Origin: an uncultured Candidatus Saccharibacteria bacterium
GTDB lineage: Bacteria > Patescibacteriota > Minisyncoccia > UBA6257 > 2-01-FULL-56-20
Assembly (NCBI GenBank): GCA_964361595.1
Contig: CAYIAX010000005.1
Location: 1 to 53,902, forward strand
Reading direction: 5' to 3'
DNA length: 53,902 nt
Made by a program: the position numbers and the translations under genes. Under the pieces are notes generated by a model, which made no database searches, was not told the origin of the DNA, and was given only the letters and a program-made list of their open reading frames with translations. Below, piece by piece: positions 1 through 10,231 of the stretch; the stretch's first letter is position 1, and the number at the start of each line of letters is the position of its first letter.

Positions 1-52
1 ACAGAAAATTCAAAACCGTTTCGGATTTCGATATTCGAATTTCGAATTTTTA
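1..52. repeat. Partial copy (right arm) of TTCGAA-rich intergenic inverted-repeat family
   Basis: TTCGGATTTCGATATTCGAATTTCGAATTT also at ~1028-1085, ~1629-1692 and ~24881-24910. Confidence 0.8.
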
Positions 53-55
53 AAA

Positions 56-601
56 ATGTCCCGCTTAGCCAAAAAGCCAATTCAACTTCCGCAGGGCCTC
101 ACCGCGAAATCGGAAAATAATCGCGTGATTTTGGCCGGGGCGAAAGGCACGAAAGAAGTTAAGCTTTTGAGTGAAGTTAAAGTTGAAGTCGGCGAGGGAA
201 AATTGAAGTTATCGCCGCAGAGCCAGAGCAAACGCGCCGCGATGAATACGGGTACAATGTGGTCGCTAATCCAAAATGCTTTAACCGGTCTTGCCGAAGG
301 GTTTACAAAAACCCTGGAGATCGAAGGCGTGGGCTACCGCGCCCAGCTCGAAGGCAAGCTCCTCTCGCTCGCTTTGGGCTATGTGAATCCGGTCCGCTTT
401 CCGATCCCCGAAGGCATTACGATCACTGTGGAAAAAAACGTGATTAAAATCACTGGAACCGACAAAGAATTGGTGGGCTTGACCGCCGCCAAAATCCGAG
501 CGCTCAAGAAACCGGAACCATATAAAGGCAAAGGCATACGCTACCAGGGAGAAGTGATCCGGCGTAAAGTCGGCAAAAAAGCCGTGACCGCTGGCTCCTA
601 A
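56..601 (+). CDS. rplF: 50S ribosomal protein L6
   Basis: GVGYRA and [11 protein letters not shown] motifs; spc operon order. Confidence 0.97.
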   Translation: MSRLAKKPIQLPQGLTAKSENNRVILAGAKGTKEVKLLSEVKVEVGEGKLKLSPQSQSKRAAMNTGTMWSLIQNALTGLAEGFTKTLEIEGVGYRAQLEGKLLSLALGYVNPVRFPIPEGITITVEKNVIKITGTDKELVGLTAAKIRALKKPEPYKGKGIRYQGEVIRRKVGKKAVTAGS

Positions 602-602
602 T

Positions 603-956
603 ATGAACACGCAAAAAGATTTAAACAGAAAAAAGCAGGCCCGCGCCAAGCGCACCAACGCCCGAGTTAGAAGCGTCTCGAGTTTGCCGCGTTTGGCGGT
701 TTTCCGCAGTAACCGTTACACTTATGGACAGCTTATTGATGATAAGAAGGGGCAAACGCTCGTTGCCGCTTCGAGCCGCGAGGTAAAGGCGAAAGGAAAA
801 AAGGGCGAGATCGCAGCTAAAGTCGGCGAACTTTTGGCCGAACGCGCATTGGCGAAGGGGATCAAGCGTGCCGTGCTCGACCGGCGCTCCTACCAATATC
901 ATGGACGCGTGGAAGCCCTGGCCGAAGCCGCCCGCAAAAAAGGTCTCGCAATTTAA
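603..956 (+). CDS. rplR: 50S ribosomal protein L18
   Basis: [26 protein letters not shown]. Confidence 0.97.
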   Translation: MNTQKDLNRKKQARAKRTNARVRSVSSLPRLAVFRSNRYTYGQLIDDKKGQTLVAASSREVKAKGKKGEIAAKVGELLAERALAKGIKRAVLDRRSYQYHGRVEALAEAARKKGLAI

Positions 957-1085
957 ATCCGAAGCACCAAGCACGAAATTCGAAACAAATTCAAAATGAA
1001 AGAAATAGGTAAAAAATTAAAAACCATTTCGGATTTCCCGGTCTCGACTCGCCGTCGAGGCGAGGCGGGCGATATTCGAATTTTT
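955..1085. repeat. Intergenic inverted-repeat element with nested 33-nt GC-rich insert (1038-1070)
   Basis: AAATCCGAAGCACCAAGCACGAAATTCGAAACAAATTC ... TTCGGATTTC[insert]GATATTCGAA. Confidence 0.8.
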
Positions 1086-1092
1086 AACTAAG

Positions 1093-1557
1093 ATGCAAAG
1101 AACTTATCTTCCAAGAAAAGACGATTTTAAAGAAAAAGTGCTTGACCTGCGCCGCGTTACGCGCGTGGTTGCCGGAGGCAAGCGTTTTCGTTTTCGTGCG
1201 ACAGTGGTGGTGGGCGATGAGAAGGGAAAAGTTGGCGTGGGCGTCGCTAAAGGCATTGATGTTGCAAGCGCCGTTGCCAAAGCTAAGCTCGAAGGCAAAA
1301 AAACCATGCTGCATTTGAACTTGAAAGATCATCGCACAGTGGCGCACGAAAGCGAAGCTAAGTACAGCGCCGCCCGGGTTTTAATTAAGCCGTCCAAAGC
1401 AGGCGCGGGACTCAAGGCCGGCGGTGCGGTGCGCGTGGTCTTGGAGCTTGCAGGCGTGAAGGACGCGAGCGCCAAATGTTTGGGCCGGACGCCGAACAAA
1501 CTCACGAACGCTCTGGCCACGATTGAAGCCTTAAAGAAAATCAAAACCACTAATTAA
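1093..1557 (+). CDS. rpsE: 30S ribosomal protein S5
   Basis: RVTRVVAGGKRFRF, AGGAVRVVLELAG. Confidence 0.97.
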   Translation: MQRTYLPRKDDFKEKVLDLRRVTRVVAGGKRFRFRATVVVGDEKGKVGVGVAKGIDVASAVAKAKLEGKKTMLHLNLKDHRTVAHESEAKYSAARVLIKPSKAGAGLKAGGAVRVVLELAGVKDASAKCLGRTPNKLTNALATIEALKKIKTTN

Positions 1558-1695
1558 ACTCGAAGCACGAAGCACGAAATTCGAAACAAATTCAAAATGA
1601 AAAAAACAAACAGAAAATTCAAAACCGTTTCGGATTTCCCAGCCTCGACTCGCCGTCGAGGCGAGGCGGGCGATATTCGAATTTCGAATTTTTAA
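1555..1695. repeat. Intergenic inverted-repeat element with nested 33-nt insert (1639-1671), at the usual rpmD position
   Basis: Near-identical to 955-1085. Confidence 0.8.
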
Positions 1696-1699
1696 AATT

Positions 1700-2155
1700 A
1701 TGCAGTTACATGAATTAGGCGCTCCGGCGCACAAACGAAAACAGCGGGTCGGCCGCGGCGGCAAACGCGGAACGACCTCCGGCAGGGGAACCAAGGGACA
1801 AAAATCCCGGGCTGGCCACGTTATCCGTCCCGCTGAACGCGATTTAATCATCCGCTTGCCGAAGCGGCGCGGTTTTAGCAATAAACCTTACGTTGGGAAT
1901 TTCTTTTCCTTTAACCTCGAAAAAATCGCCGCCAAGGTGAAACCGCTCGCGGCCGGAAAGAAGATAGTCGAGGTGGATCAAAATTTGTTGAAGGAGGTTG
2001 GTCTTTTACCGGTGGATTTTAGGGGCAAAGTAAAAATCCTTGGCAACGGCAAAGTTGATTTCCCTATGCACATCAAAAATTTGAGCGTTTCCAAGGGAGC
2101 TGCGTTGAAGATTGAACAAGCGGGCGGCACCATTAGTAAAGCAAATAGCAAATAG
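1700..2155 (+). CDS. rplO: 50S ribosomal protein L15
   Basis: RVGRGGKRGTTSGRGTKGQKSR, KILGNG. Confidence 0.96.
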   Translation: MQLHELGAPAHKRKQRVGRGGKRGTTSGRGTKGQKSRAGHVIRPAERDLIIRLPKRRGFSNKPYVGNFFSFNLEKIAAKVKPLAAGKKIVEVDQNLLKEVGLLPVDFRGKVKILGNGKVDFPMHIKNLSVSKGAALKIEQAGGTISKANSK

Positions 2156-2219
2156 CATATGGCATATAGTTTTCCGGTTGCGGGTAAAACCATTAGCTAT
2201 ATGCTATAAGCAATAAGCC

Positions 2220-3491
2220 ATGAATCGGTTTTTGCAAATATTCCGAATTAAGGACCTGCGCAACAAGGTCCTGATCGTCGCCGGGTTGCTGGTGGCTTTC
2301 CGGCTTTTGGCGGCGCTGCCGATCCCGGAAGTAAATCCCGAGCGCCTGCAGGCATTTTTCAATTCGAACCAGCTATTCGGATTCTTGAACCTCCTCTCCG
2401 GCGGCGGCTTGGAAAATCTCTCCGTGGCGATGCTGGGCGTAGGACCCTACATCACGGCTACGATCATCATGCAGCTCCTCACGATCATCTTCCCGAAATT
2501 CAAGGAATTGTATTATGAGCAGGGCGCGCGCGGGCAGGCTAAGTTCAACCAATACTCGCGGCTTTTGACAGTGCCCTTGGCCGTCCTGCAGTCTTACGGC
2601 TTCCTGATGCTTTTGGTTTCGCAAAAAGTTATTGACCGCCCCGACACGCTGGGCTTGATTACGAACGTACTTGCCATCACCACAGGCTCCATGATCGCAC
2701 TGTGGCTGGGCGAACTGATTAGCGAGCAGAAAATCGGGAACGGCATCTCCTTAATCATCTTGGCCGGTATCGTCGTGGGCCTGCCGAGCGGCATCCGCAG
2801 TATCGCCGCCACCTATAGTCCCAGCCTCTGGCCGACCTACCTCGGTTTTTTGGCCGCGATTGTGCTGATCATTGCCGGCATCGTTTATTTGAATGAAGGC
2901 GACCGGAAAATTCCCATTGCCTATGCGCGCCGGGTGCGCGGCACAAAGCTCTACGGCGGCGCCGCCAGTTACTTGCCGCTTAAGGTGAACCAAGCCGGCA
3001 TGATTCCTTTGATTTTCGCGATCTCGGTTTTGCTGTTCCCGCAATTCCTGGCCCAGATTATTTCGATCGTATCCGTGAACGCAGGGTTAAAACTGAACGC
3101 CTTGGTTACTTCTTTTCTGGCAAACCAGCTTATTTATGGCATTGTCTATTTCTTCCTGGTTTTTATTTTCACGTTTTTTTACACGGCGATTACCTTCAAT
3201 CCCGAAGAGCTTTCAAAGAATTTGCAGCGGAGCGGGGGATTTGTGACCGGCGTGCGTCCCGGCGAAGCCACCCAGCATTTCTTTTCGAATATCGTGAATA
3301 AAATCACCTTTTTCGGCGCGCTCTTCTTGGGGCTCATTGCTATCCTGCCTTTGATCATCCAGCGCATTACCGGTCTTGCCGTGCTTCAGGTGAGCGGCAC
3401 GGCGCTTTTAATCGTCGTCTCCGTCGTACTGGAGACGATGCGGCAGCTTAACTCGCAGCTTACGGTTAGGGAGTATGAGGGAATCGAGTAG
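2220..3491 (+). CDS. secY: Preprotein translocase subunit SecY
   Basis: LGVGPYITATII, GNGISLII, GVRPGEAT, GTALLIVV; multiple TM segments. Confidence 0.98.
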   Translation: MNRFLQIFRIKDLRNKVLIVAGLLVAFRLLAALPIPEVNPERLQAFFNSNQLFGFLNLLSGGGLENLSVAMLGVGPYITATIIMQLLTIIFPKFKELYYEQGARGQAKFNQYSRLLTVPLAVLQSYGFLMLLVSQKVIDRPDTLGLITNVLAITTGSMIALWLGELISEQKIGNGISLIILAGIVVGLPSGIRSIAATYSPSLWPTYLGFLAAIVLIIAGIVYLNEGDRKIPIAYARRVRGTKLYGGAASYLPLKVNQAGMIPLIFAISVLLFPQFLAQIISIVSVNAGLKLNALVTSFLANQLIYGIVYFFLVFIFTFFYTAITFNPEELSKNLQRSGGFVTGVRPGEATQHFFSNIVNKITFFGALFLGLIAILPLIIQRITGLAVLQVSGTALLIVVSVVLETMRQLNSQLTVREYEGIE

Positions 3492-3753
3492 CTCCAAGCG
3501 CAGATTGACGCGGACTCGACGCTGATTAACGCGGACCGGTATAAGAATTTATTTTTTTATCATCCTTAAAATCTCAAGTTTTTAAGGATGAGTTTTCTGC
3601 GTAGTTCTTTCAACTTATGCGAGGCTTTTTGTGGCGTAGGAAAATAAGATAATCGTACTATTCGCGGGCACGCCTCGGCAACGAGAAACGGCCTTTTTTA
3701 TTTTTCAAAAATCATTGCGTGAAAGCGAAAATCCTGATATTCTCGACTTAAAT

Positions 3754-4332
3754 ATGAAATACGACGCGATTTTTATGATGGGTCCGCAGGGCACCGGCAA
3801 GGGGACACAGGCGAAGGTTCTGGCGGAGCAGTTAAATTTTTTTCATTGGGACATGGGAGCGGTGCTGCGTGAAAACTTGGACTGGAAGTTTCCCGACGGC
3901 AAAACCGTGGGCGAGATCATTAATGACGGCACACTGCTCTCGGACGATCGCCTGCTTCATATTTTCAAAGCCAAATTGAATTTACTGCCAGCCGATCAAG
4001 GCATTATTTTCGACGGCATTCCGCGCCGCTTGGGGCAAGCGCAATTCCTGCTCGATTTTTTGCGTTCCCAGGGGCGCGGTAAACTGGCGACAATCTTTAT
4101 TGATATTCCCAGGGAGGAATCGTTGAAGCGCCTGCTTTTACGAGCAGAGAAAGAAGGCCGTACGGATGATACCCGCGAAGCCATCGAATTCAGGCTGGAG
4201 CAGTATGCAAAGGAAACCTTGCCAACCGTGGAATTTCTGAAGCAGAACTCGGACTACTACGAAATTGACGGGCGGCCTGCGATTCCGGAAGTTACACGCC
4301 AGATTTTTGTAGCTTTGGGTTTGGCCGAATGA
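3754..4332 (+). CDS. adk: Adenylate kinase (short, LID-less)
   Basis: GPQGTGKGTQA P-loop, DGIPR, GRTDD; ATG 3754 preferred over TTG 3715. Confidence 0.9.
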   Translation: MKYDAIFMMGPQGTGKGTQAKVLAEQLNFFHWDMGAVLRENLDWKFPDGKTVGEIINDGTLLSDDRLLHIFKAKLNLLPADQGIIFDGIPRRLGQAQFLLDFLRSQGRGKLATIFIDIPREESLKRLLLRAEKEGRTDDTREAIEFRLEQYAKETLPTVEFLKQNSDYYEIDGRPAIPEVTRQIFVALGLAE

Positions 4333-4895
4333 AAAAGCACATCATCACAATTGCCGGCTACCCCGGCATCGGCAAATCAAGCACCGCGAAAGGCGTGGCG
4401 CAGGAGTTGGGCTACGAGCATTTCTCCTCCGGCGATTTGATGCGCCAAATGGCCGCCGCGCGCGGGCTCTCGGTTGAGGAAATAAATCAGGCCGCCGAGA
4501 AACAGAAAGAGATCGATTTTATGGTAGATCACAGGCTGCAAAAACTCGGTGAGGAGAGGGATAAGCTTGTAATCGACTCGCGTCTGGCCTTCCATTGGAT
4601 CCCCGATTCCTTCAAGGTGTATTTGGATCTTGATCCGCAAAGCGCGGCCGAACGCACTTTTATGCATATCCAAAAAGAGGGCCGAGCCAGCCAAACTGCA
4701 AGTTCGACGGAAGAGGTGCTTAAAAACACGGCGGAACGGATAGCAAGCGAACGCAAGCGTTACCAAATTTTATACGGCGTGGACATCGGCGATAAAAGCA
4801 ACTTCGATCTCGTCATAGACACTAAAACCAATGATCTGAACCAAGTCATCAAAATTGTATTAGCCGAATATAAAAAGTGGCAGGAAACAAGCTGA
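4329..4895 (+). CDS. cmk: Cytidylate kinase, archaeal-like (Cmk2) family
   Basis: ITIAGYPGIGKSS, SSGDLMR, VIDSRL, ERKRY..YGVD..FDLVIDT. Confidence 0.8.
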   Translation: MKKHIITIAGYPGIGKSSTAKGVAQELGYEHFSSGDLMRQMAAARGLSVEEINQAAEKQKEIDFMVDHRLQKLGEERDKLVIDSRLAFHWIPDSFKVYLDLDPQSAAERTFMHIQKEGRASQTASSTEEVLKNTAERIASERKRYQILYGVDIGDKSNFDLVIDTKTNDLNQVIKIVLAEYKKWQETS

Positions 4896-5656
4896 TGCGC
4901 TTAAAAACTCCTGCGGAAATCGAAATCATGGCGCAAGGAGGCAGGCTTCTAGCCGTCATTTTAGCTAAGCTCGCAAAAATGGTAGAGCCCGGGATGACCG
5001 GGTCGAAGCTCGACGCCGAATGCTACCGGCTGATCGTAGAGGCGCGGGCCGAGCCCGCTTTCCTGGGTTATAAGCCATCGGCTGCGTCTAAACCTTATCC
5101 CGCGACGATCTGCATTTCCGTAAACGACGCAATTGTGCATGGCTTGCCGAACCTTTCTCCGTTTAAGCCGGGGGATGTAGTAAAGCTTGATGCCGGTTTG
5201 CGCTATAAAGGCTTCTATCTCGACGCGGCGGTGACGGTTACGGCCGGCGAAGCTTCAAAAAAAGCAGCCGCGCTAATCGAGGTTACGGAAACCGCCCTGG
5301 CGCTGGGCATTAAAACCGCTCGTCCCGGAAACACGCTGGGCGACATCGGTTGGATTATCCAGACACATGTCGAGAAAAACAATTTTTCCGTTTCGGAGTC
5401 TTTGACCGGCCATGGCATCGGCAGAAAACTGCATGAAGAACCGGCGGTCCTGAACCGAGGCAAAGCTGGCGAGGGAGATGTTTTGTCAGCAGGCATGGTT
5501 TTGGCCATCGAGCCGATGGTAGTGGCGGGGAAGAGCGGAAAGGTGCGTGAAGGAAAGGACAGCAGCTGGCGCGCCGTGGACGGCTCGCTTACGGCGCACT
5601 TCGAGCACACGGTGGCGATTACGGAAAACGGACCGCGAATACTAACGAGAATCTAG
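4877..5656 (+). CDS. map: Methionine aminopeptidase type I
   Basis: SVND.IVHG.P, GHGIG..LHEEP, AIEPM, AHFEHT. Confidence 0.96.
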   Translation: MAGNKLMRLKTPAEIEIMAQGGRLLAVILAKLAKMVEPGMTGSKLDAECYRLIVEARAEPAFLGYKPSAASKPYPATICISVNDAIVHGLPNLSPFKPGDVVKLDAGLRYKGFYLDAAVTVTAGEASKKAAALIEVTETALALGIKTARPGNTLGDIGWIIQTHVEKNNFSVSESLTGHGIGRKLHEEPAVLNRGKAGEGDVLSAGMVLAIEPMVVAGKSGKVREGKDSSWRAVDGSLTAHFEHTVAITENGPRILTRI

Positions 5657-5742
5657 AATCTAGAACCCAGAATCTAAAACTTAGAGTCTAGAAACTAAAA
5701 TGCTAAGATAATACAGTAGTTTATTCTGAATTCTAGCTTCTA
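5648..5742. repeat. TAGAATC/TAGAACC heptamer array with inverted partner
   Basis: Tandem ~7-mers followed by TTCTGAATTCTAG. Confidence 0.7.
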
Positions 5743-5747
5743 AACCG

Positions 5748-6500
5748 ATGAAACCCTATCTTTCAATTATTATTCCAGCTTATAACGAAGCGGAGCGCAT
5801 ACCGCATACCTTGATCGATATGGATAAGCGCCTCGAAGGCAAGCCGTGGAGTTACGAGATTTTAGTCGTGAACGACGGCTCGAAGGACCGGACCGCGGAA
5901 GTTGTGAAGGGGCTTGCGTCGAAGATCAAAAACCTGAAACTCGTCGACAACATCGAGAACAAAGGCAAAGGCGGCGTGGTCCGGCAGGGGATGCTAGTGG
6001 CCCAAGGAGACATCCGTCTTTTCACGGACGCCGACAACTCAACTTCAATCGATCACTTTGATCAAATGATCCCGCTCTTCAAGCAGGGTTACGACGTTGT
6101 TTTTGCTTCCCGCGCAATCAAGGGAAGCAAGCTCGATCCGCCGCAGCCGCTTTACCGGCAAATTCCGGGCAAGCTGGGCAATCTGTTTATTCAAGTTTTG
6201 CTTTTACCCGGCATTTGGGATACGCAATGCGGATTCAAGGCCTTCAGCGTAAAAGCAGCCGAACAAGTATTCAGTTTGTCGCGGATCACGGGTTGGGGTT
6301 TCGATGTAGAAATTTTATCCTTAGCCAAGGCGCTCGGCTATAAATTGAAGCAGGTGCCGGTCCACTGGGTGAACGATCTGGGTTCGCGCGTGGGGGCCTC
6401 GGCCTATTTGCAAGTTCTTTGGGAAACCGTTAAAATCCGCCTATGGCTTTGGCGGGGGGTATATGCCCTCAAGAGCGTACCGCCGAAGACGGGTGTCTAA
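5748..6500 (+). CDS. GT2 glycosyltransferase (polyprenyl/dolichyl-phosphate glycosyltransferase-like)
   Basis: IIPAYNE, VNDGSKD, FTDAD, DTQCGFK, WGFDVE. Confidence 0.9.
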   Translation: MKPYLSIIIPAYNEAERIPHTLIDMDKRLEGKPWSYEILVVNDGSKDRTAEVVKGLASKIKNLKLVDNIENKGKGGVVRQGMLVAQGDIRLFTDADNSTSIDHFDQMIPLFKQGYDVVFASRAIKGSKLDPPQPLYRQIPGKLGNLFIQVLLLPGIWDTQCGFKAFSVKAAEQVFSLSRITGWGFDVEILSLAKALGYKLKQVPVHWVNDLGSRVGASAYLQVLWETVKIRLWLWRGVYALKSVPPKTGV

Positions 6501-6501
6501 A

Positions 6502-6963
6502 ATGGCAGAAAAGCAATACCTCACTCAAGAGAGATTCGACGAGCTTAAGCAGGAACTCGAAATGCTAAAAACGCAAAAACGGCGGGAGATCGCCGATGCG
6601 TTAAAGCTCGCCAAAGAATACGGCGATCTGTCGGAGAATTCCGAGTATGCGGAAGCAAGGCAAGAGCAAGCGCAGGTGGAAGCGCGGATTTTTGAATTGG
6701 ACGATATACTTAAAAAGGCTTCGATCATCAAGGCCGCGGAAGGCGGAGCGGTTGTGGGCGTGGGTTCGCGGCTGACCGTGAAGAAAAGCGGCAAGGAATT
6801 CCAATATTGGATCGTTGGCTCAAACGAATCGAAGCCCGAAGAAGGCAGGATTTCGAATGAGTCGCCGATCGGCCGCGCCTTTTTAGGCCGGCGGGCAGGG
6901 GAGAAGGTGAATGTCGCGACTCCTGTCGGCACCGTGGAATACGAGATAACGAAAATCGATTAA
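6502..6963 (+). CDS. greA: Transcription elongation factor GreA
   Basis: GDLSENSEY, ISNESPIGRA. Confidence 0.96.
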   Translation: MAEKQYLTQERFDELKQELEMLKTQKRREIADALKLAKEYGDLSENSEYAEARQEQAQVEARIFELDDILKKASIIKAAEGGAVVGVGSRLTVKKSGKEFQYWIVGSNESKPEEGRISNESPIGRAFLGRRAGEKVNVATPVGTVEYEITKID

Positions 6964-8159
6964 TTTGCGGGCGCGTAAAGCGTGTTCAACTCGAGGCGGG
7001 TTTGCGGACCCACTTCGCCGGAAACGGGCAGAATCCCGTATTTTTTTTGAAATTCTTTTACGGCTTTTGCGGTGCAGGAACCAAAAACACCGGTGATGAA
7101 ACAATCTTTTGTTTTGGGCGGTGGGAAAATCCCTTCGGATTTAAGCGCAGCCTGGAGGGCAAGCACATCGCGGCCGCGGCTACCGGATCTTAGATCTTTG
7201 GTCCAAAAATGAGGGAGGAGGGTTGTTTTTTCCGTAACTTCAGCTTCGCCGAAAAAATTCTTAAGGCCGCGGTACGTTTGGAATGCCAATTCCTTTAAGT
7301 AAGCATCTCGAATTGAAGGATCAATGAAAAGAGATTCGTAGATATACCCATATTCGATCAAAGCGACCGCCGAATCCAGTGTGTTGTTGGCGCCGACGGC
7401 AATAAGTTCGTAATCGTCAATAATCGTGCCTCTTTCCTTGGGCAGGGTGCTGGAAGAACGGAAGTTCTTTAGTTCGTCGTCTAAAGCTTCGGCCAGCCTG
7501 CGGCTGGCTTTGGCGTTCGAGAACTGGAAATTGGGAACGTAGATTGAGTAGCCGGAATATTTGCCGGGACTGGACTGTTTGCGTCCGGGATAGTCGTTGA
7601 AATGCAGGTGAATTACGATATCCATCTTCATTTCATTCGCCCATTTATTCAAACCGTAAAGCTTGGTTACGGTTTCGCTCGAGGCATAGCCGTGATCAAT
7701 TTGATTTTCGAGAGATAATTTACCCGCTTTCACCGCTGCCTCGAGCACGGATTTATAGGTGAGCTGAAAATTTCTGATATTTTCCTTTTCTTTCAAGAAA
7801 TAATCTGCAAATCCCGATTCATAACCGTTGCGGCTGCGGACCAAGGTAACCGCAAATGCGGGGTCCTTAGCCAAAATTTCGGCCAGGTATTCGCCGGTTT
7901 GAGCGGTTAACCCCGCTTCTTTAAGCCCGCGGAAAGCCGTTCCGAATGCTTCATCGTCGTGGCCGGGGACGATCATGATTTTCACCTTCGTCCGTCCGGC
8001 CTTGGCTTCGCTCCAGCGCTGCTGCAGTTGGGCTTCAGTTATGCTTTCCGTAAATAAGATTCCACCCAAAAAGTCTTCCAACTTAGATTGCGGCAGTACG
8101 GCATTGGAGGCGGTTACGAGGTAACTCAAAAGTGAAAAGATTAAGGCGGCAGTTCCCAT
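6960..8159 (-). CDS. Secreted N-acetylmuramoyl-L-alanine amidase (Amidase_3) with C-terminal peptidoglycan-binding domain
   Basis: Signal peptide, IVPGH, IHLHFN, ALIEYGY, DVLALQ..L..G.FG..T..AVKEFQ. Confidence 0.8.
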   Translation of the reverse strand: MGTAALIFSLLSYLVTASNAVLPQSKLEDFLGGILFTESITEAQLQQRWSEAKAGRTKVKIMIVPGHDDEAFGTAFRGLKEAGLTAQTGEYLAEILAKDPAFAVTLVRSRNGYESGFADYFLKEKENIRNFQLTYKSVLEAAVKAGKLSLENQIDHGYASSETVTKLYGLNKWANEMKMDIVIHLHFNDYPGRKQSSPGKYSGYSIYVPNFQFSNAKASRRLAEALDDELKNFRSSSTLPKERGTIIDDYELIAVGANNTLDSAVALIEYGYIYESLFIDPSIRDAYLKELAFQTYRGLKNFFGEAEVTEKTTLLPHFWTKDLRSGSRGRDVLALQAALKSEGIFPPPKTKDCFITGVFGSCTAKAVKEFQKKYGILPVSGEVGPQTRLELNTLYAPAN

Positions 8160-8223
8160 AAACTAAGTATAGCAAAGGAACACTCTTTATTTTTGAGGCC
8201 GGATTGCCTATGATGGAAGGGCA

Positions 8224-9681
8224 ATGCTTGATGAATTAAGACGGGAACGTTTACGCAAACTTGAAGAGATCCGCAAAGCCAAGCTCGATCCCTACCCGGC
8301 CCGCGTAAAGCGAACGCTTGCGGTTGGCGAGGCGCGCAAAAAATTCGCCGCGCTCGAAAAAGGCAAGAAAGCCGTAGGTTTGGCAGGGCGTGCGATTTCC
8401 ATCCGCGACCAGGGCGGAGTGATTTTTATGGATCTGCGGGATGAAAGCGGTTCGCTGCAAGTGGTTCTGAAAAAGGACACGGTCAAGAATTTCGATTTTC
8501 TTAAAGGAGTTTTGGACCGCGGTGATTTTGTTGCGGTCTTGGGACCATTATTCAAGACCAAATCCGGGCAGGAAAGCATCGAAGCCAAAAATTTGGAAAT
8601 AATCTCGAAGAGCATCCGGCCGTTGCCTTCCGAGTGGTACGGCATCGAAGAAACGGAGACGCGGTTGCGCAAACGGTATTTGGATTTGTTTTTAAATCCG
8701 GAAACACGAGAGCTCTTCGAACGCAAGGCAATTTTTTGGGAAACTGCCAGGAAATACATGAAGCAAAACGGTTTTACCGAAGTTGAACTGCCGGTTTTTG
8801 AAAGCGTACCCGGCGGCGCCGACGCGGAGCCCTTCAAAACCCACCACAACGCGCTGGATACCGATTTTTATCTCCGCATCTCGCTTGAACTGCCGCTTAA
8901 AAAACTTTTAGTCGGCGGTTTTGAAAAGGTGTTCGAGATCGGCAGGATTTTCAGGAACGAGGGCATTGACCGCGAGCATCTGCAGGATTACACGCAGTTG
9001 GAATTTTATTGGGCTTATGCCGATTACCGCGAGCTGATGGTTTTTGTCGAAAAATTCTACAAGGAAATCATCAAAGCAACGACCGGCGGGCTTACGACCA
9101 CTTGGCAGGGAGAGAAGATAAACTGGGGCAAAAAGTGGGAGGTTATTAAATATACAGATGCCTTTAAGAAAGCCAACAAGCTCGATCCGCTTGCGGCCAA
9201 AGAAAACGAACTCATAAAAATGGCTGAAGCATTGGGCTTGGAGCCGGAGCGCGGAATGGGCAAAGGCAGGTTAATTGATTTAATTTACAAAAAGACGGTG
9301 CGCCCGCACATTATCCAGCCGGCGTTTTTGATTGACCCGCCGGTTGAGCTTGTGCCCTTAACCAAGCGGTCGGACGAGAATCCAGCGGTAGGCGAGCGTA
9401 TGCAGCCTGTGGCCGGCGGCACGGAGCTGGGGACCGGATTTTCGGAATTAAATGATCCGATCGATCAGCGCAAGCGGTTCGAAGAGCAAATGAAACTGCG
9501 GGAAGCGGGGGATGCGGAAGCCCAGCGTTTGGACGAAGAATTTTTGGAAGCTTTGGAATACGGTATGCCGCCTGCGGCAGGCTTCGGATTTTCCGAGCGT
9601 TTGTTCGCCGTCTTAATGGACAAACCAGTTCGGGAAACGGTGATTTTCCCGTTGATGCGCCCCAGGAGTAATCTCGAATAA
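8224..9681 (+). CDS. lysS: Lysine--tRNA ligase (class II)
   Basis: GGADAEPFKTHHN, FRNEGID, FSELNDP, LEYGMPP. Confidence 0.97.
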   Translation: MLDELRRERLRKLEEIRKAKLDPYPARVKRTLAVGEARKKFAALEKGKKAVGLAGRAISIRDQGGVIFMDLRDESGSLQVVLKKDTVKNFDFLKGVLDRGDFVAVLGPLFKTKSGQESIEAKNLEIISKSIRPLPSEWYGIEETETRLRKRYLDLFLNPETRELFERKAIFWETARKYMKQNGFTEVELPVFESVPGGADAEPFKTHHNALDTDFYLRISLELPLKKLLVGGFEKVFEIGRIFRNEGIDREHLQDYTQLEFYWAYADYRELMVFVEKFYKEIIKATTGGLTTTWQGEKINWGKKWEVIKYTDAFKKANKLDPLAAKENELIKMAEALGLEPERGMGKGRLIDLIYKKTVRPHIIQPAFLIDPPVELVPLTKRSDENPAVGERMQPVAGGTELGTGFSELNDPIDQRKRFEEQMKLREAGDAEAQRLDEEFLEALEYGMPPAAGFGFSERLFAVLMDKPVRETVIFPLMRPRSNLE

Positions 9682-9738
9682 CGCGAATAAAAAATGAATA
9701 AATTGAAAATAAAATTATAGTTATTTGAGATTACTCCC

Positions 9739-10143
9739 ATGAAGAAAGTAATGGTCTTCGGCGTTTTCGACGGCATGCACGAAGGGCATCGAGCGTTTTT
9801 CCGCGAAGCTAAGATGCAGGGCGACTATTTGATCGCGGTCGTCTCGCCCGATGAGCACGTGGAACGCCTGAAGGGCCATCTGCCGGGGGTGAATCTAGCC
9901 AAGCGTTTTGCGGCCTTAGAGCGCGAAGACGGAGTCAATGAAGTTGTGATCGGCGATGAAGAGTTGGGTTCCTGGGCGGTTGTAAAAAAATACCGGCCGG
10001 AGATAATCGCCTTGGGCTACGATCAAACAATGCTTAAGGTTCATCTTGAATCCGCGCTACCGCAATTTGACTGGCACCCTATTGTCAAAATAATGAATTC
10101 ATTTGAACCAAATAGATATAAAAGTAGTTTGCTTAGTAACTAG
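9739..10143 (+). CDS. Cytidylyltransferase-family protein (RibL/FAD synthetase-like)
   Basis: FGVFDGMHEGH (HxGH) motif, IALGYDQ. Confidence 0.75.
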   Translation: MKKVMVFGVFDGMHEGHRAFFREAKMQGDYLIAVVSPDEHVERLKGHLPGVNLAKRFAALEREDGVNEVVIGDEELGSWAVVKKYRPEIIALGYDQTMLKVHLESALPQFDWHPIVKIMNSFEPNRYKSSLLSN

Positions 10144-10149
10144 ACCGAG

Positions 10150-10192
10150 CACTGTGCTGTGTAGCACAGTGCTATGCTATAGCATAGCACTG
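10150..10192. repeat. Tandem GTGCTA..TAGCAC palindromes between convergent genes (related copy at 29382-29424)
   Basis: CACTGTGCTGTGTAGCACAGTG and CAGTGCTATGCTATAGCATAGCACTG. Confidence 0.6.
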
Positions 10193-10231
10193 ACCATTAA
10201 ACCTAAGTACAAAAAAATATTTCCCGAGGAG

